From positions 63,741-127,740 of the forward strand of contig CAYNPL010000006.1 in the NCBI GenBank assembly GCA_964399135.1: DNA of 64,000 nucleotides, in the 5' to 3' direction. Position numbers and translations under genes: made by a program. Numbering within the stretch: the stretch's first letter is position 1; each line of letters starts with the position of its first letter. Below are positions 8,978 to 18,241 of this stretch, piece by piece. This DNA comes from an uncultured Gaiellales bacterium. Its GTDB lineage: Bacteria > Actinomycetota > Thermoleophilia > RBG-16-64-13. The notes under the pieces are model-generated. The model worked only from the letters and a program-made list of their open reading frames with translations. It ran no database searches and had not been told where the DNA came from.

Positions 8978-9277
8978 GTGGCCGTCTATACCTCTGGGGA
9001 CTGGCTGGTGAAGCCGGGCCGTGAGCAAGAGTTCGTGGATGCGTGGCGCGAACTGGCCGAATGGAGCACACGTGAGTACGGCCCCGAAGGGTGGGGCAAG
9101 CTGTTGCGGGATAAGGAGGATCCGGCCCGTTTCAGGAGCGTTGGAGCGTGGCCGAGCGACCATGTGGTCGCGGAGTGGCGGGCGAGCGAGGGTTTCAAGC
9201 AACGTCTGGCTAAGATCCATGAGTTGCTTGACGACGTCACCATCCGCACCTTTGAGCTGGCCGCCGAGGTCGGCTGA
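8978..9277 (+). CDS. Antibiotic-biosynthesis-monooxygenase (ABM) family protein
   Basis: VKPGREQEFVDAW and LLRDKEDPARFRSVGAW; GGAGG RBS. Confidence 0.8.
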   Translation: MAVYTSGDWLVKPGREQEFVDAWRELAEWSTREYGPEGWGKLLRDKEDPARFRSVGAWPSDHVVAEWRASEGFKQRLAKIHELLDDVTIRTFELAAEVG

Positions 9278-9296
9278 TCCTGGCGCGCGCCCCGGC

Positions 9297-10703
9297 TCAC
9301 TCCGGCAGCTTGACCCCCTGCGCTCTCAGCTTCGCCGTTAGTTCTCCGTAGTCGACATGCCGCGGTTGGATGCCGTCCCGCACGGCGAGAGCCGCCGCCG
9401 TGCCCGCGGCCTGGCCGTAGGCGATGCAGTGGGGGATGATGTTGAACCACTGGTTGACGCTCGCCTGCGAGGAGAAGGCACGGCAGGCCACCAACAGCCC
9501 ATCGATCTTGCGGGGCACGAGGCAGCGGTAGGGGATGCAGATGGACGGATGTCTCGCCGAGATCTCGCCGTTGTCGTTGTTGGCCAGCACCACGATGGTG
9601 TCGGAGAACACTTCGTCAGACTCCATGTCGCGCGGAGTGAGGACGTACTCGCCGATGACGCGCCGGCCTCCCTGTGTCCCCAGCTGGGGCGCCGTCTGCA
9701 TGATGAAGCACTTCTCGCAGCCGGGCACGTTCGCGCGCAGGAACTCGTAGGTGGTCATCGCCGCCTTGCGTGCCATCAAGTTCCAGCGGGTGAGCTCCTG
9801 CACGTCCATGGCGTCGGAGGCGGCGACGCCGGCCGGCTTGATGTACATCGGGTGGAACCAGAGCACCCCTTCTTGGTTGCGCAGCAGACCGGTGAAGAAA
9901 AAGGGGTGGCCGCCTTTCTCCGCCAGCCCCTGCATGAGGAGAGCGAACCTGTCCGGATGCGACTTGCGGAAGTGGTGCAGCCGGTGGGTGTCCACGTTCG
10001 CCAGCCAGTAACTGAAGGCGAGGGCGGTGCGGAAGCTGCTCTGGAGCTCGTCGTCGTACTCCGCCCCGGCCGCCACGAAGATGTCGCCATCGCCGGTGGA
10101 GTCGATCACCACCTTAGCCAATATGGCCTGCCGCCCCGCCTTGCTCTCGAAGACGACGCCGGTGGCGGTGTCACCCTCCATGAGGGGACGAGTTCCCCAG
10201 GAATGGAGCAGCAGGTCGACGCCGGCCTCGGCGACCATCTGGTCGAGCTCGGCCTTGAGCACCTCGGGATCCAGGACGGCGGTGTAGAGCAACCTCTCCC
10301 GTCCGCCCAGGTTGGGGTCCCTGCGCACGTAGAACCAGCCCATGTTGGCGTCCAGGTAGTGCTGCAGCACCTGGGGGTCGGTGGAGCCGAAGTCGGCCTC
10401 CGGGGGGCAGAAGGCGGCGTTTCTGGCCTTCATACGGTCGATGATCTCCTGGTTGAGGCCGAAGAGATGCTGCTTCCCGCTGATGTCGCTGAGGTTGGGG
10501 AAGATGTTCACCAGGCCGCCGGTGGCCATGCCGCCCAGGTGGCCGTAGCGCTCGAGGAGGACCGTGTTGGCTCCCGACCGGGCGGCGCACACGGCCGCGG
10601 CGAAGCCGCCGGGGCCGCCGCCCACCACGACGACGTCGGCCTCTCGGGCCACCCGTATCTCTCGGGCCGGCTCGAGGATGGTCTGGGGTGCAGTCTCTGT
10701 CAT
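9297..10703 (-). CDS. FAD-dependent oxidoreductase (PF12831-like)
   Basis: VVVVGGGPGGFAAAVCAARSG, LGGMATGG, VIDSTGDGD, IPYRCLVP..IDGLLVACR; ATG 10703 chosen as start. Confidence 0.88.
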   Translation of the reverse strand: MTETAPQTILEPAREIRVAREADVVVVGGGPGGFAAAVCAARSGANTVLLERYGHLGGMATGGLVNIFPNLSDISGKQHLFGLNQEIIDRMKARNAAFCPPEADFGSTDPQVLQHYLDANMGWFYVRRDPNLGGRERLLYTAVLDPEVLKAELDQMVAEAGVDLLLHSWGTRPLMEGDTATGVVFESKAGRQAILAKVVIDSTGDGDIFVAAGAEYDDELQSSFRTALAFSYWLANVDTHRLHHFRKSHPDRFALLMQGLAEKGGHPFFFTGLLRNQEGVLWFHPMYIKPAGVAASDAMDVQELTRWNLMARKAAMTTYEFLRANVPGCEKCFIMQTAPQLGTQGGRRVIGEYVLTPRDMESDEVFSDTIVVLANNDNGEISARHPSICIPYRCLVPRKIDGLLVACRAFSSQASVNQWFNIIPHCIAYGQAAGTAAALAVRDGIQPRHVDYGELTAKLRAQGVKLPE

Positions 10704-10753
10704 CGCGCGTCCGCCTTCGCCTCGGCTGTCTCTACCTAGCCGTCCGAAGGGCA

Positions 10754-10762
10754 TGCTACCAT
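10754..10762 (+). promoter_or_regulatory. Extended -10 element (TGnTACCAT) of a probably leaderless metF transcript
   Basis: TGCTACCAT lies 8 nt before ATG 10771 with no Shine-Dalgarno between. Confidence 0.5.
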
Positions 10763-10770
10763 CAGCCCCC

Positions 10771-11637
10771 ATGAAGATCTGTGAACTTCTCCAGCGACGA
10801 ATGACCTTCTCGTTCGAGGTCTTCCCGCCGAAGACCGACGAGGGTATGGTTCATCTCCGGGATGCCATCCAGCACTATTACCTTTTCAAGCCCGACTTCA
10901 TCAGCGTCACCTACGGGGCCGGGGGCACCAACGCCGGCCGCAACGTCGAGGTCTGCTCTCTGCTGAAGACCGACGGCGTCACCGAGGTCCTCAACCATTT
11001 CACTTGTATCGGGAACACCCGGGAGCAGATCACGCGGGCCATGGAGGAATACCGCTCGCTCGGGATCGAGAACATCCTGGCCATGCGCGGCGACCTGCCG
11101 GCAGGCTGGGAGGGCACCCACGGGGATTTCAGCAACGCCGACGGGCTCATCAAGTTCATCAAGACGGGTTTTCCCGACTTCTGCATCGCAGCGGCCTGCT
11201 ACCCCGAGAAGCATATAACGGCGCCGTCCTTCGCGGCCGACATCGCCCATCTGCGCAGCAAGCAGAACAACGGCGCCGAGTTCCTCATGTCGCAGCTGTG
11301 CCACGACGTCGGCGCTTTCCGGGCGTTCGTCGAAAGGATCAACGCCGCCGGCGTCACGATCCCGGTGGTGGTGGGCATCATGCCCGTGCTCTACAAGGAC
11401 GCGATCATACGGATGACGCTGAGCAACGGCTGCTCCATCCCAGCGGAGCTGGCTGCGATCATCGGCAAGTACGGTGAAAAGCCCGATGAGTTCAAGAAGG
11501 CCGGCATCGACTACACGATCAATCAGATCTATCGTTTCATGGAGGCCGGAGTGGTGGGGTTGCACATCTACACCCTCAACAAGTGGGAAGACGTGGACAC
11601 CATCGTGACTGAGTCGGGCATCCGCAAGGGCCTATAG
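10771..11637 (+). CDS. metF: 5,10-methylenetetrahydrofolate reductase
   Basis: FSFEVFPPKT, PDFISVTYGAGG, HFTC, ILAMRGD, ACYPEKH, LHIYTLN. Confidence 0.95.
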   Translation: MKICELLQRRMTFSFEVFPPKTDEGMVHLRDAIQHYYLFKPDFISVTYGAGGTNAGRNVEVCSLLKTDGVTEVLNHFTCIGNTREQITRAMEEYRSLGIENILAMRGDLPAGWEGTHGDFSNADGLIKFIKTGFPDFCIAAACYPEKHITAPSFAADIAHLRSKQNNGAEFLMSQLCHDVGAFRAFVERINAAGVTIPVVVGIMPVLYKDAIIRMTLSNGCSIPAELAAIIGKYGEKPDEFKKAGIDYTINQIYRFMEAGVVGLHIYTLNKWEDVDTIVTESGIRKGL

Positions 11638-11730
11638 GGTCTGCGGCACGAACAACGGCCACGCTTCGACGCCGCCTTCCCGGACGGCTGGGTGTAGTCC
11701 GGCGATCCGCACCGCGGTGTCTAGGTCTCG

Positions 11731-12735
11731 CTAGCCCATGAACGGCATGATCACGCCCTTGATATAGCCGGGCCTCAAGCCCAGGTTGTCCTCGAAGGCC
11801 CGGCCGATATCCTCCAGCCGGTAGGTGTGGGTGACCAGCTTGTTCATGGGAAAGATGCCTTTCTCCAGAGCCCACATGGCCCGATCGAGCTCGCTGTGGT
11901 AGTCGGTGGACATGCCGATCCCCTGGGGGCTGTAGATGATGGGGCACTTGATCCAGTTGAACAGCTCGTAGGTGTCGGGGGCCTGGTGCCAGCCCACCAA
12001 GATGACCTTGGCCCGGTTGGTCTTGATGACGTCGCCGGTCATCTTGATGCCGATGGGCTTGCCCACCACCTCGATGGCCACGTCGACGCCCCGGCCCTTG
12101 GTGATCTTCATGACCTCCGCGACGACGTCGACCTTTGACGGATTGAGGGTGACGGTGGCCCCCAGCTCCTCAGCCAACTTCAGGCGGCCGTCGTCGAGGT
12201 CGGCCACGATGTACTCGCGCAGCTTGGGGGAGGCGACGCCGGCGATGATCCCCAGACCCATGAAACCGGCCCCGATCTGAAAGACGTAGTCCCCGCATTC
12301 GGGCGTGGTGGTGCGGGCGATGGACATGCAGCTCATGAGTGGCTCGCCCAGAGCGTGTGCGAAGGGTATGCCGTCGGGGATCTTGGCGATGACGTAGGGG
12401 TGGCCGCGATGGGCGGCGAAATGGGTGGGATCGACGGCCACGTACTCGCAGTAGGCGTCGTCGGCGAAGTAGCCGGTGATGCGGTCGCCCACCTGGAATC
12501 CCTTGACGAGTTTGCCGACCTCCACCACGGTGCCCGCCGGTTCGTGCCCCGCGCGGCGCGGGAAGGGATTGGCCTTTCTCATTTCCTCGCTCCAGGAGTC
12601 CTTGTAGCCGGACATGTCGCTGGAGCAGACCCCGCAGGCCTCTATCTTGACGAGCATCTCGGACTCGGTGATCCGGGGGGTGGGAACCTCGCGTATCTCG
12701 AACGTGCGCGGCGCGACGACGAACGCTGCTCTCAT
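11731..12735 (-). CDS. Medium-chain (Zn-binding) dehydrogenase/reductase
   Basis: ACGVCSSD, GHEPAG.VVEVG, IGAGFMG Rossmann motif; no structural-Zn Cys lobe. Confidence 0.88.
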   Translation of the reverse strand: MRAAFVVAPRTFEIREVPTPRITESEMLVKIEACGVCSSDMSGYKDSWSEEMRKANPFPRRAGHEPAGTVVEVGKLVKGFQVGDRITGYFADDAYCEYVAVDPTHFAAHRGHPYVIAKIPDGIPFAHALGEPLMSCMSIARTTTPECGDYVFQIGAGFMGLGIIAGVASPKLREYIVADLDDGRLKLAEELGATVTLNPSKVDVVAEVMKITKGRGVDVAIEVVGKPIGIKMTGDVIKTNRAKVILVGWHQAPDTYELFNWIKCPIIYSPQGIGMSTDYHSELDRAMWALEKGIFPMNKLVTHTYRLEDIGRAFEDNLGLRPGYIKGVIMPFMG

Positions 12736-12805
12736 CTGTGGTGCCCCCTTCGCGTACTTGGTGCCGGATCAAGAGTAGCGCGCCGGGCGGACGGGGGTTT
12801 GCCAT

Positions 12806-13906
12806 ATGATGAAGGCGGTCGATATCATGGCGGGCGTCCGTCAGAAGATCAGGGAGCCCCGGCAGGGCGTGACCCAGGAGGAAACCGCGACGATCGGGAT
12901 GTTCGACAAGGAGCAGATCCGCGTGAACATACGCGCCGGAGCGGTTTTCGACAGGGCCTACGTGCTCATGAACATCCTGGCGGCCGTCATCGCCAGCTAT
13001 GGGCTTCTCGCGAACAGCCCTGCGGTGGTGATCGGGGCCATGATCGTGGCCATGCTCATCGGCCCCATCACGGGGATCTCCCTCGGGCTGGTTGAGGGCG
13101 AGTACCGCCTGGCGCGTTCAGCTCTACTCTCGCTGCTGGCCGGGATGGTCCTGGTCTATGTGACGGCCTTTGTGGTCGGTCTCATCCACAACGACATCCC
13201 CATCAGCTCCGAGATCATGGCCCGCACAGCCCCCAACTTCCTCGACCTCATGGTCGCCATCGCCGGAGGAGCGGCCGGAGCCTACGCCGCCGTCTCCAGC
13301 AGGCTGAGTGTCTCTCTGGTGGGAGTCGCGGTCGCGACGGCGCTGGTGCCGCCTCTGTGCGCCTCCAGCATCCTGCTGGGCCGGGGTGAGCTCGACCTGG
13401 CGTTCGGTGCTTTCTTGCTTGCCTTTGTCAACATCGTCGCCATCCAGACGGCCTCGGCGGTGGTGCTGTGGTTGGTGGGTTTCCGTGGTGTCACTGAACG
13501 CGGGACGAGCTCTCTGCGCCAATTCCTGGTGCGGACCTCCGCCAGCCTGATCCTGCTGCTGGTGTTGGCCGGTCTCATGGTGTTCAACCTGCACCGCAGC
13601 GTCGAGCAACAGCTCTTTCGCTCGCGGACCGAAGAAGTGTTGCGTCAGGCCGTGGAGGAATGGCCGGGAGCCTACCTCGCCGGGGTGCGTTACGATGACG
13701 CCGACGCCGGCATGATCGTGCGGGCCGTTGTCCGCGCTCCGGCTGCGCCTACGCCCGAAGAGGTCGCACAGGTCGAAGAACTGATACCGCGCGCTCCGGG
13801 CGCGCAGGATGTGAACCTCCGCGTCCGCCATGTCCCGGTGCGGGTGATCACCCCAGACGGGGAGATCTACGCCCCCGAAGAGTTGACCGACTTCGGAGGC
13901 GAATAG
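12806..13906 (+). CDS. DUF389 / TIGR00341 family membrane protein (start uncertain)
   Basis: NSPAVVIGAMIVAMLIGPI, EIMART.P, GVAVATALVPPL. Confidence 0.88.
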   Translation: MMKAVDIMAGVRQKIREPRQGVTQEETATIGMFDKEQIRVNIRAGAVFDRAYVLMNILAAVIASYGLLANSPAVVIGAMIVAMLIGPITGISLGLVEGEYRLARSALLSLLAGMVLVYVTAFVVGLIHNDIPISSEIMARTAPNFLDLMVAIAGGAAGAYAAVSSRLSVSLVGVAVATALVPPLCASSILLGRGELDLAFGAFLLAFVNIVAIQTASAVVLWLVGFRGVTERGTSSLRQFLVRTSASLILLLVLAGLMVFNLHRSVEQQLFRSRTEEVLRQAVEEWPGAYLAGVRYDDADAGMIVRAVVRAPAAPTPEEVAQVEELIPRAPGAQDVNLRVRHVPVRVITPDGEIYAPEELTDFGGE

Positions 13907-13958
13907 AACGCGCGCCACGGGCAGGGGACGCCAAGCTCCCCGGGTTCCCCGTGAAAAA

Positions 13959-15377
13959 CTAAAGTGGCAGGATCCGGCGCATGAGGCTCGCCCTTCGTGA
14001 GGGTCTGCCGGTCTTTTGCTCTACCCGGTCGGCGCTCGCGAAGACGGCCAGAGAGGTACGTACGCCTATCCAGCGCAGGGGCTCCGGCTCCCACTTGGGC
14101 GATTTGTGACCGACCCAGGGGAGACGGCTCAGGTCGCCGTGGCGCCCGGTGATCAGTTCGGCGAGGGTGCGGCCGGCCAGGTTGGAGGCGGCCACCCCGT
14201 CCCCCACGTACCCGCCCGCCCACGCGTAGCCCCGGGCCTTGTCATAGCCGACTCCCGGGAACCAATCACGCGGGATGCCGAGGCTGCCTCCCCAACGATG
14301 GGTGATCTTCGCCTCCCCGGCCGCCGGGAACAGCCGCCTGAGCGTCGCCTCGAGAGTTCTGTGGACCGGCGCGACCCGCTCGTACTCGTCGCGCACCTTG
14401 GAGCGGAGGTGATAGGGGGCGCCGCGCCCGCCGAGGGCGATGCGATCATCCGCGGTCCGCATCGCGTAGATGTAGAGGTGGCGGCCATCGGTGAAGGTCT
14501 CGTAGCCCCGCCAACTCACCTCTTCCCAGAATCCTGCCGGTAGCGGCTCGGTGGCGATCATCAGCGAGTATACGGGGATCATCTCGCGCCGCGCGCGGGG
14601 CAACTGCGGCGTGAATCCCTCGGTGGCACGTACCACGACCGGAGCGCGCACTACGCCGTGGGGGGTGGTCACGCCGCCGGACCAGAGATCCAGCACCGGA
14701 GACCTCTCGTACAAGGCTACGCCCATCCCCTCGACGACCCCTGCCAAGCGGCGCACCAGGCGCGCCGGGTCGAGACACGCGCACTGGCTCAGGTAGGTGG
14801 CGCCCAGGCAGCCGGCGACGACCAGCCTCCGGCGGACTTCATCGGCGTCGAGCCACTTGATCTCCTCTTCGCTCACGCCCCATGAACGGTAGTAGTCGAC
14901 CTCGCCGCGGACCCGGGCGAGCTGCTCGGGGCCGGTCACGAGCGTGAGCACCCCACCCTTCTGATAGCGGGCATCGACGCCCTCGTCCGCGCAGACGCGC
15001 CGAATCTCGTCGACCGTGTCCAGCATCGCGCGCTGCATGAGGACGGCGGCCGCTCGACCATGGGAAGCGGCGATCTTTTCCAGAGACGCCGGAAAGAACG
15101 GCGACACCCAGCCTCCGTTACGTCCGGAGGCCCCGAAGCCCGCTATCTCGCGTTCGAGGATGGCTATGCGGAGAGAGGGATCGGCCTTGGCGAGGTAGTA
15201 CGCCGTCCAGAGACCGGTGAACCCGGCGCCCACGATGGCCACGTCCACGTCTGTGGGCCCCGGCAACGGCGGACGCGGCTCCAGAGGATCCGGAAGCAGG
15301 TCCAGCCACATGCTGCGGCGGCGATAACGGGCGTCCAGGCCGCTGGAAGCAGCAAGCGTTCCAGCGTCGCTCTGCAT
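13959..15377 (-). CDS. FAD-dependent oxidoreductase, DadA/PuuB-like amine oxidase (start uncertain, 15377-15419)
   Basis: VAIVGAGFTGLWTAY, GFGASGRNGG, VVRATEGF, HRWGG..G, GYVGDGVA. Confidence 0.88.
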   Translation of the reverse strand: MQSDAGTLAASSGLDARYRRRSMWLDLLPDPLEPRPPLPGPTDVDVAIVGAGFTGLWTAYYLAKADPSLRIAILEREIAGFGASGRNGGWVSPFFPASLEKIAASHGRAAAVLMQRAMLDTVDEIRRVCADEGVDARYQKGGVLTLVTGPEQLARVRGEVDYYRSWGVSEEEIKWLDADEVRRRLVVAGCLGATYLSQCACLDPARLVRRLAGVVEGMGVALYERSPVLDLWSGGVTTPHGVVRAPVVVRATEGFTPQLPRARREMIPVYSLMIATEPLPAGFWEEVSWRGYETFTDGRHLYIYAMRTADDRIALGGRGAPYHLRSKVRDEYERVAPVHRTLEATLRRLFPAAGEAKITHRWGGSLGIPRDWFPGVGYDKARGYAWAGGYVGDGVAASNLAGRTLAELITGRHGDLSRLPWVGHKSPKWEPEPLRWIGVRTSLAVFASADRVEQKTGRPSRRASLMRRILPL

Positions 15378-15424
15378 CCGATCACTCCGGCGCGTTCTGA
15401 CCGCCTGCGCGGCGTCCAACCTGG

Positions 15425-15826
15425 CTAGAGCCTCTTGGGGTTAGGCTTCCCGACGGCCACCAGCAGACTGGCAACAAGCATGACGAACGCAACGGGAGCC
15501 CAGATGGCCCTTTCTGCTGCGCTCGGTGTGATCAGGTTGAGAAACAGGCTGACCACACCCCAGGCGACGACCACCCATATGGCCCAGCGGGAGACACGTG
15601 ACCACCGGGGAAGGATGACGCCGGCTCGGGAGAGCACCACCAATGCCAACAGTACGAGAACGACGGCCTGTACGACCGCGAGCACGCGTAAGGCAGCCGT
15701 GTATTCCCCCGAGTCGGTACCGCCCATCGCGTACGAACCCCAGGGCGCCCCGAACGCGAGCGCCAATTGGAAGACGACAACACCGGCAGTAAGAACCGCG
15801 TATATGTACCCTGCCGCCCGTTTCAT
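15425..15826 (-). CDS. Hypothetical 4-TM membrane protein
   Basis: 133 aa, hydrophobic helices, LAFGAPWG..MGG and NL.TPS..ER..W motifs. Confidence 0.75.
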   Translation of the reverse strand: MKRAAGYIYAVLTAGVVVFQLALAFGAPWGSYAMGGTDSGEYTAALRVLAVVQAVVLVLLALVVLSRAGVILPRWSRVSRWAIWVVVAWGVVSLFLNLITPSAAERAIWAPVAFVMLVASLLVAVGKPNPKRL

Positions 15827-15977
15827 GGCACCGAGCGCCCTCCTGCGCGGTGAAGCCAGCGACGGAGTTTATCACGGACCCCAGGGTCGCGTGACTCGAC
15901 GGCCTACTCGGGCTCGTCGGCCGCGCCGGCACTCGGCCTATCCCTGTCTCCGCAGCCGCTGGTCGGGCATTCCAGCG

Positions 15978-16640
15978 TCATGCCGTTCTCACGCCAAGAG
16001 CCACAAGGCCGATGGGATTGCTTTGCAGCTTCCAGTCGATCCGGCGGACGTGCGTGACCAGCTTCCTGACCTCGTCGGGGGTGTAGGAAGAGGCGACCGA
16101 GGTGAGGAACCCCTTTCTCATGCTTCGCGGTTTGATCATAGTCCATAGGAACCACCTGACCGGCGCCAACATGTCTCTCCGCAGGTCGGAGACCAGGAGT
16201 ATGCCTCCGGGTCTGAGGACCCGCGCCATCTCCCCGAGTACTTCCGGCGGTTGCGCCCACTCATGCAGAGAGCCGTTGCTGAAGACCCCGTCGAATTGCT
16301 CGTCGGCAAAGGGTAACCTCCGCGCATCGGCAAGGACGTATTCCACCCGGCTGGTCAGACCGTAGGCTTCGGCATTGACCGTGGCACGATCGATCATGTC
16401 CTGGCTCACGTCAACCCCGGTAAGTCGTGTGCCTTCGGTCTTCTTGAGCCATTCCAGCCCCAGATAGCCGGGCCCCGGACCGATCTCCAGGGAGTGTCCC
16501 GCGGTGATGCCGGACTTGATGATGAGATCGGTCTCGATCCACCCACGATCGCGCATGATGCGGTGGAACTCGTCGTAGGTCTGAACGTTGAACTCGCCGA
16601 CGATGCCTTCGTCGGTCTCATGCACCCGAGGTCGTGTCAT
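15978..16640 (-). CDS. Class I SAM-dependent methyltransferase
   Basis: LEIGPGPG, GVDVS, ADARRLPFADEQFD, RVLRPGG; GGAGG RBS. Confidence 0.9.
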   Translation of the reverse strand: MTRPRVHETDEGIVGEFNVQTYDEFHRIMRDRGWIETDLIIKSGITAGHSLEIGPGPGYLGLEWLKKTEGTRLTGVDVSQDMIDRATVNAEAYGLTSRVEYVLADARRLPFADEQFDGVFSNGSLHEWAQPPEVLGEMARVLRPGGILLVSDLRRDMLAPVRWFLWTMIKPRSMRKGFLTSVASSYTPDEVRKLVTHVRRIDWKLQSNPIGLVALGVRTA

Positions 16641-16676
16641 TGCTTCCTCCTGAGGCTTCGTCGAGTTCTTTTCAGG

Positions 16677-16766
16677 CGGAGAGGGGGGGATTCGAACCCC
16701 CGGGACCGCTTGCGCGGCCCAACGGTTTTCGAGACCGCCGCATTAAGCCAGCTCTGCCACCTCTCC
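16677..16766 (-). tRNA. tRNA-Ser(CGA)
   Basis: Minus strand GGAGAGGTGGCAGAG...GCGGT-CT-CGA-AA-ACCGT, long variable arm, GGTTCGAATCC, CCTCTCC-G. Confidence 0.95.
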
Positions 16767-16960
16767 GCGGGGTGGACCTCGCGCGCCAGGGCGCGAGAGC
16801 GCGAAGGGCAGTATAGCGCGACCGTGCCGGCGGATGCGCGCAGGCGCACGTTAAGGATTCTCTCATCCACGCCTCATGGTCTTCTCACCGACGTTGCCGA
16901 GACTAGTGGCATAGGCGGCGAACGGTGACCGCCCTTGACAACCCAGAAAAGGAGTGACGG

Positions 16961-17194
16961 ATGAGGATCATGAGGGTGAAGCGTACCTTGGCTCTGATCG
17001 TGATAGCAGCCTTGCTGGTGCTGGGTCTGGCGACCGTAGCCGTTGCCGCACCGACCCCGGCCGGTCCGGCCGGCCCGGCACCGAACGCGGGCGACGGCGT
17101 TTCCGACGGCAGCGGCCTGGCCTCACCTTTCGGTCCCGGCCTGGGGGGAGCGCCGAACTCGGGCGACGGCGTGTCCGACGGGAGCGGCTTCTAG
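16961..17194 (+). CDS. Small secreted Gly/Pro-rich protein with a duplicated PN(A/S)GDGVSDGSG motif
   Basis: 77 aa; signal peptide ending AVA-A; AAGGAG RBS; two copies of a 12-aa motif. Confidence 0.75.
   Translation: MRIMRVKRTLALIVIAALLVLGLATVAVAAPTPAGPAGPAPNAGDGVSDGSGLASPFGPGLGGAPNSGDGVSDGSGF
17081..17188 (+). repeat. Two imperfect 36-bp direct repeats (17081-17116 and 17153-17188) encoding the duplicated motif
   Basis: CCGAACGCGGGCGACGGCGTTTCCGACGGCAGCGGC vs CCGAACTCGGGCGACGGCGTGTCCGACGGGAGCGGC. Confidence 0.9.
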
Positions 17195-17285
17195 CCGTCC
17201 CGCGCGGCGCGCCCGCGACGGAGGAGACCACGGGGCCACGGCCGCAGGATGCGGCCGTGGCCCCGCTCTATCGCCCGCGAGATAC

Positions 17286-18080
17286 TCAGCGTCTCCGCTC
17301 CAGCCGCTCCAGCGCCTGCCGGGCGGCGTGGCGTACCTTCTCGTCGGCGTCGTCGCGGGCAAGGGCGCGGAGGACGTCGACGGGATACTCCGCCAGCGCG
17401 GCGATCCGCGCCACCAACCGCAACCGGACCGGGGCCGGCAGAGAGGGCAGCTCGCGCCGGGTCAACACCAAGGCGGCGTCGAGGGACCCCTCGGTGGCCT
17501 CCAGCATCCGTTCTACGGCTGGATCGAGTTGGGAGGCCGCGCCGGGCCCAAGGCCGGGCGGCTCTGGTGCTGAGTGCGTTTTGGGCGCGTCGCCCGGGGG
17601 CGCACGGAAGAGGGGCTTCTCGGCCGGGCCCGGCGGGAGGTTGCGGAGGGCGGCGGAGAGGGGCTCCGCCCTGAAGCGCCCGTAAGCACGTGGCCGTTCG
17701 TCGGGCACCGGGCCGCGGCCAAAGGTGGCGGGTGAAAGCCGCTCGCCTGCCGGGGTATCTGCCGGGGAATCCTCTTTGAGGTCGTCATAGAGCGGCTCGT
17801 CGGTGAGCCTGCGCAAACGTTCGGCCGCCAGGTCGGTCTGGGTACGGCCATAGCGGGCCACGAGGTGGTGGACGATGCTCTCGCTCATCAAGTTCTCGTA
17901 GGACACGCCAAAATGCTTCGCCAGCGCCCTCACGGACTCCGCAGAGGGCAGTCGCTCCCCCCGCTCCATCCGCGAGAGCATGGCCACCGAAAGGCCGGTG
18001 CCCTCGGCGACCTGCTCCAGGGTCTCGCCCCGCTCGTAGCGCAATTCCCGTAACAGATAGCCGAAATCGTTCTGCTCCAC
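17286..18080 (-). CDS. XRE-family HTH regulator with a low-complexity linker and a C-terminal helical (HEAT-like) segment
   Basis: LRELRYERGETLEQVAEGTGLSVAMLSRMERGER.PS; C-terminus LARDDADEKVRHAARQALERL; GTG start with GGGAGG RBS. Confidence 0.85.
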   Translation of the reverse strand: MEQNDFGYLLRELRYERGETLEQVAEGTGLSVAMLSRMERGERLPSAESVRALAKHFGVSYENLMSESIVHHLVARYGRTQTDLAAERLRRLTDEPLYDDLKEDSPADTPAGERLSPATFGRGPVPDERPRAYGRFRAEPLSAALRNLPPGPAEKPLFRAPPGDAPKTHSAPEPPGLGPGAASQLDPAVERMLEATEGSLDAALVLTRRELPSLPAPVRLRLVARIAALAEYPVDVLRALARDDADEKVRHAARQALERLERRR

Positions 18081-18109
18081 GCTGGGACCTCCCGCTCCAT
18101 TCTACACCA

Positions 18110-18183
18110 TTGTCAAATGAACGTGACAACGTAGGCAAAGACCGTGTATGCTGCCTTTGACAATTCTGGCAAACCAACTTGCC
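18110..18183. promoter_or_regulatory. Operator-like inverted repeats in the divergent XRE/vWA promoter region
   Basis: TTGTCA-N8-TGACAA (18110-18129), imperfect TTTGACA..TGGCAAA (18156-18173), and GGCAA-N6-TTGCC (18168-18183). Confidence 0.6.
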
Positions 18184-18241
18184 GGCTGGGGCGGATCAGC
18201 GACGGCTGCCGACCGGTGCGGCTGCAAAGGAAGGGGCAAAA

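Noticed and set aside
17081-17188. CRISPR-like array (36-bp repeats with a 36-bp spacer)
   Set aside because: There are only two copies, they differ mostly at synonymous positions inside a signal-peptide ORF, they are not palindromic, and no cas genes are present.
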